Source: Calditrichia bacterium
Lineage (GTDB): Bacteria; Calditrichota; Calditrichia; RBG-13-44-9
Direction of reading: 5' to 3'
Assembly (NCBI GenBank): GCA_037381445.1
Contig: JARRQT010000082.1
Coordinates: 1-20,967, forward strand
DNA length: 20,967 bases
Position 1 is the first letter of the stretch; the number at the start of each line of letters is the position of its first letter. Shown here in pieces: positions 1-8,893 of this stretch. Below the pieces are notes generated by a model, which was not told where the DNA came from, made no database searches, and worked only from the letters and a program-made list of their open reading frames with translations. Both the position numbers and the translations under genes were made by a program.

Positions 1-74
1 ACGGTTGCCGGGAAGACGGCACCTCGACGATGGTAGAGGTGATCCACATCAAAGACCGGAAAGGGGTGTTGGAG
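1..74 (-). pseudogene. Probable 5'-truncated internal fragment of a UbiD-family (prFMN-dependent) decarboxylase gene; continues off the window edge
   Basis: Manual minus-strand translation gives LQHPFPVFDVDHLYHRRGAVFPATV. This resembles the UbiD segment (YSLxHxFPVFxVxxxYHRxxAIxPxTVVG) that follows the EGPFGDH motif. The frame is closed upstream by TGA at 122-120, with no ATG. Not in the ORF track. Confidence 0.5.
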
Positions 75-146
75 AGGGTTATATAGGAGTGACGTGCAAA
101 ATTTTACAATCCGCGCAATTCATTTTGCTTCAACCGCTGCATTTAA

Positions 147-1580
147 CTACTGCCGGGCGAAGAAGCGAATCCGTTTTTCGATTGCTGCCCTGCACACGGG
201 ATCGAAAGGCACATTTCGCGCGGAAAACATTATACAGTCCAGGGATGGGCGGTAAATCCCATTTGACGCATAACCGGCGCCCTCAAATACACCTACCTTG
301 TTGTGATAGGGATGATTATTGAAAAAATTTTCAATCCAGTCGTGATGGCGAGACCTTATTTTCTTTATTTCTTTTGAAGGAGCCGACATGGGTTTGCCCT
401 TCAATTCTGCAAATGTTTCGGAATATTTTTCATTCTCTTCATCGTACTCTTTTTTGTTCCAGGGAGTGGGAACGGGTGTATTGGCATCCATAAAGGAGCT
501 CCATTTTACCTTTTTGGGATCGAGCAAAACCGTGAGATTCGGCTCCCAGGGTTCCACATTCTCGGGATAGAATTCGTTATAGGCGACATCACTGGTGTAG
601 TATTCATCACCCAATCCGCCGAAACTGTGCCCAAATTCATGCAGGAAAATGTAATTGGATAGTTCATTATCCGCCACGCAACAGGCATACAAATTATAAA
701 TACCGCCGCCGCCGTAAATCTTCGAGTTTACCAGAATATAAACCACATCAAATGGAACTGCCGAGGCCATGTCCTGCAGGTCTTTGTTGTCGAATGTCAT
801 CAGATAGCGCTGCGATCCGAAAGTGTTGAAACTGCTGTTCAGAACCGTATTGTGGTATTCATTCAGCCTTGGATTATCCGGGCCTGACCCGGAGGATGGT
901 TTAAACACCGCATATACATTGAAATCCTTCCGGTGTTTTTTAAACGGTTCGGCCCCAAATAGAATATCGCTCAAACGTCTGGCATCGGACTCAAATTTTT
1001 TCGCTTCATCCGCCGTGTATCCCTCAGCCAGAATGGCCAGGTCGGCCTTGTGCTGGTAATCTCCCCCATTCTGAATATCATACACCGTAGTTCCCACCGC
1101 CCTGTTTTCTTTCCGGATATTGGGCGATGCCGGATCGATAATCCAGGTGCTGATTTTTTTGGTGAAATGATTTTCATCGTCCCTGCGCAGAAAATCGACC
1201 TGGATTTCGCGGCGCGGAAACGGGATCCGGACGGTTTCCGACATTATTTTCTTTCCCCCATGAAGCGCTTCATTGGTGGTCTGCCATTCGTTGAAAAGGG
1301 TATTAAACCCGGTGGAATAGATCAGGGCACTGGTGGCTGCATCAAAAACTTTGACCTGATAGGTTCCCAGATTCAGAGTATCAATCAAACCGGCAGGATT
1401 TCCCGACCACTCCGGCAGCCGATACATTTCATCTATCACAACAAATTCCTCCGACTGGCTCCCGGAATGGAAATAGTCGATGCGGAGGCATTGATCGGTG
1501 AAATATTTGTTATAGTCCACCTGGCCCTGCGCTACAAAGCAAAAAACCAGTAATCCCAAAATGATATAATATTTCTTCAT
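147..1580 (-). CDS. Secreted M64-family (IgA peptidase-like) zinc metallopeptidase with M64 N-terminal domain
   Basis: Signal peptide MKKYYIILGLLVFCFVAQG; motifs DLAILAEGYT, YGGGGIYN, zinc motif HEFGHSFGGLGDEY, EPWEPN, FEGAGY..GIYRPSLDCIM and FDPVC. Confidence 0.9.
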   Translation of the reverse strand: MKKYYIILGLLVFCFVAQGQVDYNKYFTDQCLRIDYFHSGSQSEEFVVIDEMYRLPEWSGNPAGLIDTLNLGTYQVKVFDAATSALIYSTGFNTLFNEWQTTNEALHGGKKIMSETVRIPFPRREIQVDFLRRDDENHFTKKISTWIIDPASPNIRKENRAVGTTVYDIQNGGDYQHKADLAILAEGYTADEAKKFESDARRLSDILFGAEPFKKHRKDFNVYAVFKPSSGSGPDNPRLNEYHNTVLNSSFNTFGSQRYLMTFDNKDLQDMASAVPFDVVYILVNSKIYGGGGIYNLYACCVADNELSNYIFLHEFGHSFGGLGDEYYTSDVAYNEFYPENVEPWEPNLTVLLDPKKVKWSSFMDANTPVPTPWNKKEYDEENEKYSETFAELKGKPMSAPSKEIKKIRSRHHDWIENFFNNHPYHNKVGVFEGAGYASNGIYRPSLDCIMFSARNVPFDPVCRAAIEKRIRFFARQ

Positions 1581-1657
1581 CTCTTTCTCCGTCCGTTACG
1601 GAAAGAAATATAGAATTACCGGAAAATGAATTCAAGATTCTAAAAATTTAGATGGTA

Positions 1658-1695
1658 CATCACAGCCCATCCGGGTTCTGCGCTGAGCTGTAATG
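1658..1695 (-). other. Intercistronic RNA stem-loop between the acyl-CoA dehydrogenase and M64 genes
   Basis: Minus strand CATTACAGCTCA-N14-TGGGCTGTGATG forms 12 bp. Both mismatches become G-U pairs only on the transcribed strand. No immediate U-tract. Confidence 0.45.
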
Positions 1696-1730
1696 AGTGA
1701 CTTCGAAGAAATATTCGAATGGTGAAAAGT

Positions 1731-2888
1731 TTATTTGAACATCAGATATTTGGCGATGGTCTGCAACTGCATATTGGAAGTTCCTTCGTAAATCTGCCCG
1801 ATTTTCGCATCCCGGTATAATTTTTCCACGGGATATTCTTTGGTATATCCATATCCGCCAAAAATCTCAATGGCAAGTGAAGTGACCCGTTCCGCCATCC
1901 TGGACGAGAACAGCTTGGCCATGGCCGCTTCCTTGAGGTAAGGCTGATTGGCATCTTTCAGACGGGCGGCATTGTAAACCATCAGCCGTGCCGCTTCCAG
2001 TTGGGTGGCCATTTCGGCGATCTGGAACTGAATAGCCTGAAAATCCGCGATCTGCTTGCCGAACTGCTGACGCTCTTTCGAATACTGAATGCTGAAGTTC
2101 AGGGCAGCCTCAGCAACTCCCAGCATTTGCGCGCCTATGCCGATCCTTCCTTCATTCAGCGTTTCAATCGCAACCTTATAGCCTTTTCCCACCTCACCAA
2201 GAATGTTTTCCCGGGGCACCCTGCAGTTATCCAGCACCAGCTCACAGGTGCTGCTGGAGCGAATGCCGAGCTTGTCCTCTTTTTTGGAAGCACTGAAGCC
2301 TTCGAATTCGCGCTCGACAATAAAAGCTGTAATTCCCTTGTAGCCCGCTTCCGGATTTGCATTTGCAAAAATAATGAACAGATCGGCTTCCCCTCCATTG
2401 GTCGTCCACATTTTCTGACCGTTGAGAAGGTAATCGTTACCCTTTTCCTCCGCCCGTGTTTTCAATCCGAAAGCATCACTGCCCGAACCGGCTTCAGACA
2501 ACGCGTAAGCACCAAGCTTATTGCCGGCCAGTTGCGGAAGATATTTCTTTTTCAGGGCATCGCTTCCCCAGCGCATGAATGCATTGTTGACCAGCGTATT
2601 CTGCACATCCACGTAAATCGCCGCGGACGCGTCAATCTTTGCCAGCGATTCTATAGCCAATATCGACATAAAGAAATTGCTCCCAGTTCCTCCAAACTCC
2701 TCAGGGATTTCAATACCCATGAGTCCCAATTCAAAAAACTGTTTAATGATATCCTTTTTGAAAGCCCCTTCTCTGTCCATCTCTGCAGAATAGGGTTTCA
2801 CCTGCTCCTCGGCGAACTGGTAAACCATATCCCTGAACATCTCCTCATCTTCGCTCATTTTGGTTAATGGCTGATTCAAAGGCTCCAT
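1731..2888 (-). CDS. Acyl-CoA dehydrogenase (short/branched-chain type)
   Basis: Motifs AYALSEAGSGSDA, LNGQKMWTTNG, KLGIRSSST, LNEGRIGIGAQ, RQQFG, GGYGY and YEGT (catalytic Glu). Start moved from 2933 to ATG 2888 (MEPLNQ) because AAGGAG lies at 2900-2895. Confidence 0.95.
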   Translation of the reverse strand: MEPLNQPLTKMSEDEEMFRDMVYQFAEEQVKPYSAEMDREGAFKKDIIKQFFELGLMGIEIPEEFGGTGSNFFMSILAIESLAKIDASAAIYVDVQNTLVNNAFMRWGSDALKKKYLPQLAGNKLGAYALSEAGSGSDAFGLKTRAEEKGNDYLLNGQKMWTTNGGEADLFIIFANANPEAGYKGITAFIVEREFEGFSASKKEDKLGIRSSSTCELVLDNCRVPRENILGEVGKGYKVAIETLNEGRIGIGAQMLGVAEAALNFSIQYSKERQQFGKQIADFQAIQFQIAEMATQLEAARLMVYNAARLKDANQPYLKEAAMAKLFSSRMAERVTSLAIEIFGGYGYTKEYPVEKLYRDAKIGQIYEGTSNMQLQTIAKYLMFK

Positions 2889-3024
2889 AATTCGCTCCTT
2901 TTGTTTATGAATTGGAATTGTCAATAAATGCATTGCGCTTATTTAAAATAATCACGAAATTTGCAAAAGCAATATCAATTTTTTGAAAACTATCTGTGAA
3001 GCCAAATCCCAAAAAGGAGAGGCC

Positions 3025-3903
3025 ATGAGTTCCGAAGAGAAAAAGATTATTGACAAATTAAATAAAGCCCGCCAGCTCTATATGGACCGCCATTATTCCC
3101 GTGCCATAAAAGTCTACCGCGATTTGGCGGAGATGCTGAAAGAAGATAAAGAAAATCTGCCTATTATCCAAATTGAACTGGCCTGGAGCTATTATTACAA
3201 TCAGAACTACGAAAAAGCGATTGAGCAACTGAAGCAGGCTCTGGAAAGCAGGGATATCTCCCCGCAGCAGCGTTTCGACTGCCTGAGAATTATTGGTTTT
3301 TCATATCATATAACGGGCGATCTCAAGCCCGCGAAAGCTTATCTGGAAAGAGCCATGGAGATTGACATTGAAGAGCGTGACAAACGCTTTGCCTATCTGG
3401 AAATGGGAAAAATATTGTTTGATGAGGGCAATATTATCGACGCCAGGCAATACCTGGATCTGGCCGATTCCTTCTTTCAGGAAGACGAATCCGAATACAA
3501 GACCGCCGTTGCCTACTACCTGGGTTTCACGGATTACTTCCAGAAAAAATTTGACGAGGCCCGCAAACATTTTGATTTTATTGTGGAAACAAACAATGAT
3601 GCAAAAACAAGGGCCAGCGGTTTCTTTGGGCTTGCCCACCTGCATTACCATTATCAGGACTATTATGCCCTCATTGACATCTGTGAAAAAATCATGCGGC
3701 TGGACAACACTTTTTATGATAAGGAAACGCTCGGATATTTTCTATGCCATGCCTACCTGAATCTGCAAATGTGGGATGAACTGGAGATGTTCCTCGGCGA
3801 GCTGGAAAAAAATTATCCGGATGGCCGCTACAGGGCAGAATATCAGGGATTCCGGGACGCCCTGCTGAAGAATAAAAATATCTCGCAAAATCCGAATGAA
3901 TAG
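3025..3903 (+). CDS. Tetratricopeptide-repeat protein (cytoplasmic, function unknown)
   Basis: Repeated TPR consensus (LAWSYYYNQNYEKAIEQLKQAL; IGFSYHITGDLKPAKAYLERAM; YYLGFTDYFQKKFDEARKHF). Start moved to ATG 3025 after AAGGAG. No signal peptide. Confidence 0.85.
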   Translation: MSSEEKKIIDKLNKARQLYMDRHYSRAIKVYRDLAEMLKEDKENLPIIQIELAWSYYYNQNYEKAIEQLKQALESRDISPQQRFDCLRIIGFSYHITGDLKPAKAYLERAMEIDIEERDKRFAYLEMGKILFDEGNIIDARQYLDLADSFFQEDESEYKTAVAYYLGFTDYFQKKFDEARKHFDFIVETNNDAKTRASGFFGLAHLHYHYQDYYALIDICEKIMRLDNTFYDKETLGYFLCHAYLNLQMWDELEMFLGELEKNYPDGRYRAEYQGFRDALLKNKNISQNPNE

Positions 3904-4039
3904 ATATAATTGGCGTTCAGCACTTCTGATAACTGCTTTTTCAGGCAGGAATGAAATCCGTCATCTGTTTTTCTGATGACGCATTTTCTGCAGGAGCTCA
4001 AACAGTTCGTCTTCTGACAATCCTCAAATTCCTCGGGTC

Positions 4040-5542
4040 TTGATTGTTGATGATGAATATTATTTGGGTCAGATGCTCAGTAAGGCGCTGATGCGGGAAC
4101 AGATTGAAGCGCTGGCAGTAACCGATATCGATTCAGCGATAGATTCCATCGAGAAGAAACATTTCGATCTCATTGTATCGGACATATATCTTCCCCATAA
4201 AACCGGAATGGATTTGTTCAATTACATCAAAGAGAAAAAGGTAGAAGTACCCATAATCTTCATGACCGGAAATCCAAACCTGGAGATGGCGGTGAATTTT
4301 CTCACCCAGGGCGGAAACGATTACATTGTAAAACCGTTCATGCTCCCGGACTTTATCCGAAAAATCAAGACCATTATCGATAAGCATCAATTGAAGAGGG
4401 AAGAGAAAAACCTGGTGAAGGACCTTCGCGCCACCCTTTCCAACCGGCTTTCCGAACTGCGTATCTATCAGGATGTTTTCGAAAGTACTGATGATGGGTT
4501 GGTTATCACGGACATGGAAGGAAATATTGTGAGGGTGAACAGCGGTTTCGAGAAAATTACCGGCATGAGCAGTGTGCAATTGGTTCACCAGCATCTCAAT
4601 GTCCTGCAAAAATCCCTTCTCCCGGAACTGGATTTTGCCGTTATTGAAAATCAGTTGAAAAAGGAGAATTCCTGGCACGGTGAACTAACCGGCAACCGTG
4701 AAAGTGATTCTTCCTGGTATGCCAGCATCACCTTTTCCCCCATCCGCAATGAGGAATCACAGGTTTTTGCCTATGCCGGATTATTTAAGGACGTGTCCGG
4801 GCAGCGGCAGGTGGAACAGGCGCTGATCAACAGTCTGCAGCAGATGAACTTTGCCCAGGAAGCTATCATCTTCGGCCTGGCACGTCTGGCAGAGCACCGC
4901 GACTCGGACACCGGTTTTCATCTGGAGAGGATCCGCAATTATTGCAGGCTGCTGGCCGAGCAGTTGATGCGGCGGCACATGTACCCGGACGTTATCAACG
5001 GCTCGTTCATTCAGATGTTATACCGCACCGCGCCCCTCCATGACATCGGAAAAGTCGGGATTCCGGATTACATTCTGTTAAAGACGGAGAAACTGACCGA
5101 GCCGGAATTCGAGATCATGAAATCGCACACCACCATCGGTTTCAATACCCTCAATTCCATTTTAAAACAATACGGCGAAATGGATTTTCTGAAAATGGGA
5201 ATCGAGATCACCCACTGTCATCATGAGAGATGGGACGGCACTGGTTATCCCCAGGGGCTCAAAGAAGAAGAGATTCCGGTGTCAGCCAGAATTTTATCCA
5301 TTGCTGATGTGTATGATGCGCTTACCACGGAACGGAGCTATAAGGAAGCCTATACCCATGAACTTACGCTCGATATCATGAAGAAAGATCACGGCAAACA
5401 CTTCGCACCGGATATTCTGGATGTATTCATCGAATCTTCGGAAATGTTCGATAAAATCAGAGAGCATTTTTCGGAGCACCTGAATCCCGGGACGGGAGAA
5501 CTCCCCGACTTCGGCATACCCCAGTTCATGTTTAGATATTAG
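4040..5542 (+). CDS. Response regulator REC-PAS-HD-GYP (cyclic dinucleotide phosphodiesterase); true start uncertain
   Basis: REC: IVDDE, DLIVSD (phosphoacceptor), IFMTG, DYIVKP. PAS: DGLVITD..G.IVRVNSGFEKITG, WHGE. HD-GYP: ETGxH-like DTGFHLER, HDIGKVGIPD.IL.K, HHERWDGTGYP, IADVYDAL, GKHFAP. Confidence 0.93.
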   Translation: MIVDDEYYLGQMLSKALMREQIEALAVTDIDSAIDSIEKKHFDLIVSDIYLPHKTGMDLFNYIKEKKVEVPIIFMTGNPNLEMAVNFLTQGGNDYIVKPFMLPDFIRKIKTIIDKHQLKREEKNLVKDLRATLSNRLSELRIYQDVFESTDDGLVITDMEGNIVRVNSGFEKITGMSSVQLVHQHLNVLQKSLLPELDFAVIENQLKKENSWHGELTGNRESDSSWYASITFSPIRNEESQVFAYAGLFKDVSGQRQVEQALINSLQQMNFAQEAIIFGLARLAEHRDSDTGFHLERIRNYCRLLAEQLMRRHMYPDVINGSFIQMLYRTAPLHDIGKVGIPDYILLKTEKLTEPEFEIMKSHTTIGFNTLNSILKQYGEMDFLKMGIEITHCHHERWDGTGYPQGLKEEEIPVSARILSIADVYDALTTERSYKEAYTHELTLDIMKKDHGKHFAPDILDVFIESSEMFDKIREHFSEHLNPGTGELPDFGIPQFMFRY

Positions 5543-5582
5543 ATATCAATCCGGAAGCATCTTCATCCAACGGAGAGCAGAT

Positions 5583-6086
5583 TTATTCCCCGGCCAGTTC
5601 TTTGATTTCAGGTTCGGTCAGCCGGAAGACAGTCCACTCGTCCATGGGCTTTGCGCCCAGTGATTTGTAAAAACGGATTGCCGGCTCATTCCAGTCCAGC
5701 ACCGACCATTCCATACGTCCGCAGTCTTTGCGGTGTGCGATCCGCGCCAGTTCCACCAGCAAACGCTTGCCTATACCCGAGCCCCGGTATTCCGGCAGGA
5801 CGAACAGGTCCTCGAGATACAGTGAGGGTTTTCCGGTAAAGGTTGAAAAAGAGAAAAAATAAAGCGCGAATCCGAAATTTTGGGGACCTTCAGAACCGGT
5901 GTTTTCCGCCAGCAGCGCGCTAAAGAACCGCTCGGGACCGAATCCGTTTTTACGGTATAACTCTTCGCTGGCCGTTACCGTGTGCCGCAGCCGTTCGTAT
6001 TCCGACAGCTCCTTCACCAGATAAAGTATTTGCGGAATATCCGCTTCTTCTGCTTGCCGGATACGAAATGAAATATCCTGACTCAT
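5583..6086 (-). CDS. GNAT N-acetyltransferase, diamine/spermidine-spermine (SSAT)-like
   Basis: ELSEYER, GFALYF..FSTFTGKPSLYLEDLFVLPEYRGSGIGK (acetyl-CoA motif A), RMEWSVLDWNEPAIRFY. Confidence 0.9.
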   Translation of the reverse strand: MSQDISFRIRQAEEADIPQILYLVKELSEYERLRHTVTASEELYRKNGFGPERFFSALLAENTGSEGPQNFGFALYFFSFSTFTGKPSLYLEDLFVLPEYRGSGIGKRLLVELARIAHRKDCGRMEWSVLDWNEPAIRFYKSLGAKPMDEWTVFRLTEPEIKELAGE

Positions 6087-6218
6087 ATGAGCTCCCTGAA
6101 TGTTTTTTTGGTGAACTTCTTCTTCACCACACGCTACCTTAAGGCATCACTTACATAGTGCATGATAGTACTTGCTCCTTTGCACCGGTTTCCGCGCAGA
6201 GAATGGCTTCTGTGCAAT

Positions 6219-6986
6219 CTATCCTGAAAATCCCAGCACCTCCTGCATGCTGTACAGGCCTGGTTTTTGCCGGACAATCCACTCCGCCGCCTGCAGGGCC
6301 CCATCCACAAAAATTTTGCGGTTCAGTGCCTGATGGGAAAAGGTCAGATTCTCATTCTCCCCCAGAAAAAGCACCTGATGCTCCCCGACTACCGAACCGC
6401 CGCGCACTGAATGGATCCCGATTTCATCCAGACGCTGCAGTTGCCGGCCATGCCGTCCGAACAGCAGGCTGTTTTCCGGGGGCCGGTTCAGTGTCTCAGC
6501 CAGCTTTTGCGCCAGCATGAGCGCGGTGCCGCTGGGAGCGTCCTTTTTCATCCGGTGATGAGTTTCCACAATCTCAATATCCGACTTACCCTGCAGCACC
6601 CTGGCCGCCTGCGTCACCACCTGCAGCAGCAGGTTAATTCCAATGCTGAAATTGAAGGCCTGCACAATGCCGATTTCGGCGCCTGCCGACCTGAATTTTT
6701 CCAATTGCCCGGATTCAAAACCAGTCGTCCCGGTAACCAGCGGTTTGCCGTTCCAGACACAGCTATCCAGAATGTTCAGCGCCCCGGCGGGGAGAGAGAA
6801 GTCAATGACTACCTCGGCTTTTGGAATGATCTTATCCCCTTCGGATACCACCGGAATTCCGGCGCCCCATTCGCCCGCGCGGGTATCCACCCCGCCGACC
6901 AGTTCAAATTTATCATGAGAACTTAGCGCGCGGGCCAGTTCCTGGCCCATTCTTCCCCAAATTCCGTTGATGATGACTTTTATCAT
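6219..6986 (-). CDS. dapB: 4-hydroxy-tetrahydrodipicolinate reductase
   Basis: GxxGRMG Rossmann motif, VIDFSLP, VTGTTG, NFSIGIN, signature ETHHRMKKDAPSGTA, SVRGGSVVGEH. Confidence 0.97.
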   Translation of the reverse strand: MIKVIINGIWGRMGQELARALSSHDKFELVGGVDTRAGEWGAGIPVVSEGDKIIPKAEVVIDFSLPAGALNILDSCVWNGKPLVTGTTGFESGQLEKFRSAGAEIGIVQAFNFSIGINLLLQVVTQAARVLQGKSDIEIVETHHRMKKDAPSGTALMLAQKLAETLNRPPENSLLFGRHGRQLQRLDEIGIHSVRGGSVVGEHQVLFLGENENLTFSHQALNRKIFVDGALQAAEWIVRQKPGLYSMQEVLGFSG

Positions 6987-7096
6987 GATTCACCCACCCG
7001 GTTGATTTTAAAGATTATTGACAAAGACTATTTCAGAATCAGAATCAATAAATCCAAATTAACTTTTGCTTGGCAAATCAATTTTGTTCCAAAAAC

Positions 7097-8377
7097 TTAT
7101 ACCGCATGAAACAGCCTGACCAGCCAAAGGCTCAGGTCAGGAATATAGGTGATCAGCACCAGCGCAATGAGCAGGATGATCAGGAACGGCAGTGCCGCCA
7201 CATACAGCTTAACAATCGGTTTCTCGAAACGGAAACTTGCGATAAACAGGTTCATCCCGACCGGCGGCGTCGAATAGCCAATCCCCAGGTTGGCCAGAAA
7301 AATAATCCCCAGATGCACCGGATCCACCCCAAAGTTATCGGCAATGGGAATAATGAGCGGCACCACCACCATGATCGCCGAAAAAATATCCATCAGCGAT
7401 CCCACGATCAAAAGGAATATATTCAAAGTAATCAGAAACAGTGCCTTGCTGGTGATAAATGTTTTCATGAATTCCAGAATCTTCATGGGGATCTCTGCAT
7501 CGATCATGTAGTTGGCCAGCCCCAATGAAGCACCCAGAATAACCAGAATGCCGCCCACCAACACCATGCTGTCGCGCATAACCTTCGGCAGCCCGGTTGT
7601 GATGCTGATATCCCGGTAGACAAGCACTTCTACCACCAGCACATAAAAAGCAGTGACCGCCGCAGCTTCGGTGGCAGTAAAAAATCCCCCATAAATTCCA
7701 ACCAGAATAATAAAAGGCAGGGGGATCTCCCAAGCCGCTTCGCGGGTGGCGATCCAGGCATTTTTCCATGAAAAAGGAGTGGTGGGAAGCTTTAAATCCT
7801 TCACAAAATAGACGCTGTAGATTGAAAGAAGTATGACCATTAATGCGCCGGGTATGATGCCCGCAATGAATAACTTATCGATGCTCACCCCGCTGACCAG
7901 CCCGTACAGGATGATGGGGAGGCTGGGGGGAAAGAGCAGACCCAGATTGCCGGAGGCGGTGAGCATGCCCAGCGAAAATTTATCGGGATAATTATCTTTC
8001 AGCAGAACGGGATAAAGCAGTCCGCCCAGCGCAATGATCGTGACCCCCGAGGCCCCGGTAAAAGCGGTAAAAATGGCGCAGGATACCAGGGTTACAATTG
8101 ATAATCCGCCAGGAATCCAGCCGAAAAAAGCCCGGGAGAGATTCACTAAACGCTTGGGGGTATTACTTTCCGCCAGAAGGTATCCGGCAAATGTGAACAG
8201 GGGAATCGCCAGCAAAATAGGCGTGCTGGCGAGCCTGTAGAGTTCCACAATCACCGCGGAAGAATCAATCCCGGCAAAATGAAACGCCAGAAGTGCCACC
8301 AGACTGATGATGGCAAATAAAGGTGTTCCAAAAAGGGCCAGCGCCAGTAAAACAACTCCAATAACAATTGTCACCAT
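7097..8377 (-). CDS. dctM: TRAP transporter large permease subunit (M component of TPAT system)
   Basis: 426-aa polytopic membrane protein; LLAIPLF, GGL, TGASG, LGLLFPPS, GFFTATEAA, GVDPVHLG, TPPVGMNLF. Confidence 0.95.
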   Translation of the reverse strand: MVTIVIGVVLLALALFGTPLFAIISLVALLAFHFAGIDSSAVIVELYRLASTPILLAIPLFTFAGYLLAESNTPKRLVNLSRAFFGWIPGGLSIVTLVSCAIFTAFTGASGVTIIALGGLLYPVLLKDNYPDKFSLGMLTASGNLGLLFPPSLPIILYGLVSGVSIDKLFIAGIIPGALMVILLSIYSVYFVKDLKLPTTPFSWKNAWIATREAAWEIPLPFIILVGIYGGFFTATEAAAVTAFYVLVVEVLVYRDISITTGLPKVMRDSMVLVGGILVILGASLGLANYMIDAEIPMKILEFMKTFITSKALFLITLNIFLLIVGSLMDIFSAIMVVVPLIIPIADNFGVDPVHLGIIFLANLGIGYSTPPVGMNLFIASFRFEKPIVKLYVAALPFLIILLIALVLITYIPDLSLWLVRLFHAV

Positions 8378-8395
8378 AAAAAAATCCTTTGGGAA

Positions 8396-8893
8396 TTACT
8401 GTTGGCTAGTGGGTTTCGGTTTCGCGGCTTGTTCAATGATTTTGAGCAGGAAACGAAATGCCATCAGGGCAAAACCCACAGGAATAATCAGCTCAAAATA
8501 CCAGGATGGAATATTTTCAAACAAAATTGTCTCGTATTTGATCTCATCCATTAAGAATTTGTACCCGGCATGCGCCAGCAGGATACAGATGATTACCGAA
8601 ACCAGCTCGATAATCATTTTGACGTAGGGTATGTATCTCTTTGAAATAATCCGCGTGAGGACATCAATATTGATATGCTTCTCTTCGCGGGTCGCCAGCG
8701 AAGCACCGATGAAACCCACCCAGAGGACCAGGTGGCGCAGAAAAATATCGCCCCATAATATGCCGGTATCAAAAAAATTGCGGAGCAGCACCTGCAGGAA
8801 GGCGAGAATCACCATCACTCCCAGAATCAGGATAATCAGTGAATTTTCCACATAGGATAATCCCACATCGATTGCGGACAACACTTTTTTCAT
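8396..8893 (-). CDS. dctQ: TRAP transporter small permease subunit (Q component)
   Basis: 165 aa, four TM helices; QVLLRNFF, W..FIGASLATREEKHINIDVL; lies between dctP and dctM. Confidence 0.93.
   Translation of the reverse strand: MKKVLSAIDVGLSYVENSLIILILGVMVILAFLQVLLRNFFDTGILWGDIFLRHLVLWVGFIGASLATREEKHINIDVLTRIISKRYIPYVKMIIELVSVIICILLAHAGYKFLMDEIKYETILFENIPSWYFELIIPVGFALMAFRFLLKIIEQAAKPKPTSQQ

Noticed and set aside
5..322. 105-aa plus-strand ORF
   Set aside because: Overlaps the M64 3' end in antisense; the minus strand explains the region better
2001..2867. 288-aa plus-strand ORF
   Set aside because: Wholly antisense to the conserved acyl-CoA dehydrogenase; no motifs; shadow ORF
6102..6129. 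Hairpin TGGTGAA-N7-TTCACCA with adjacent T-run as a terminator
   Set aside because: The T-run is on the wrong side; the transcribed minus strand has an A-run after the stem
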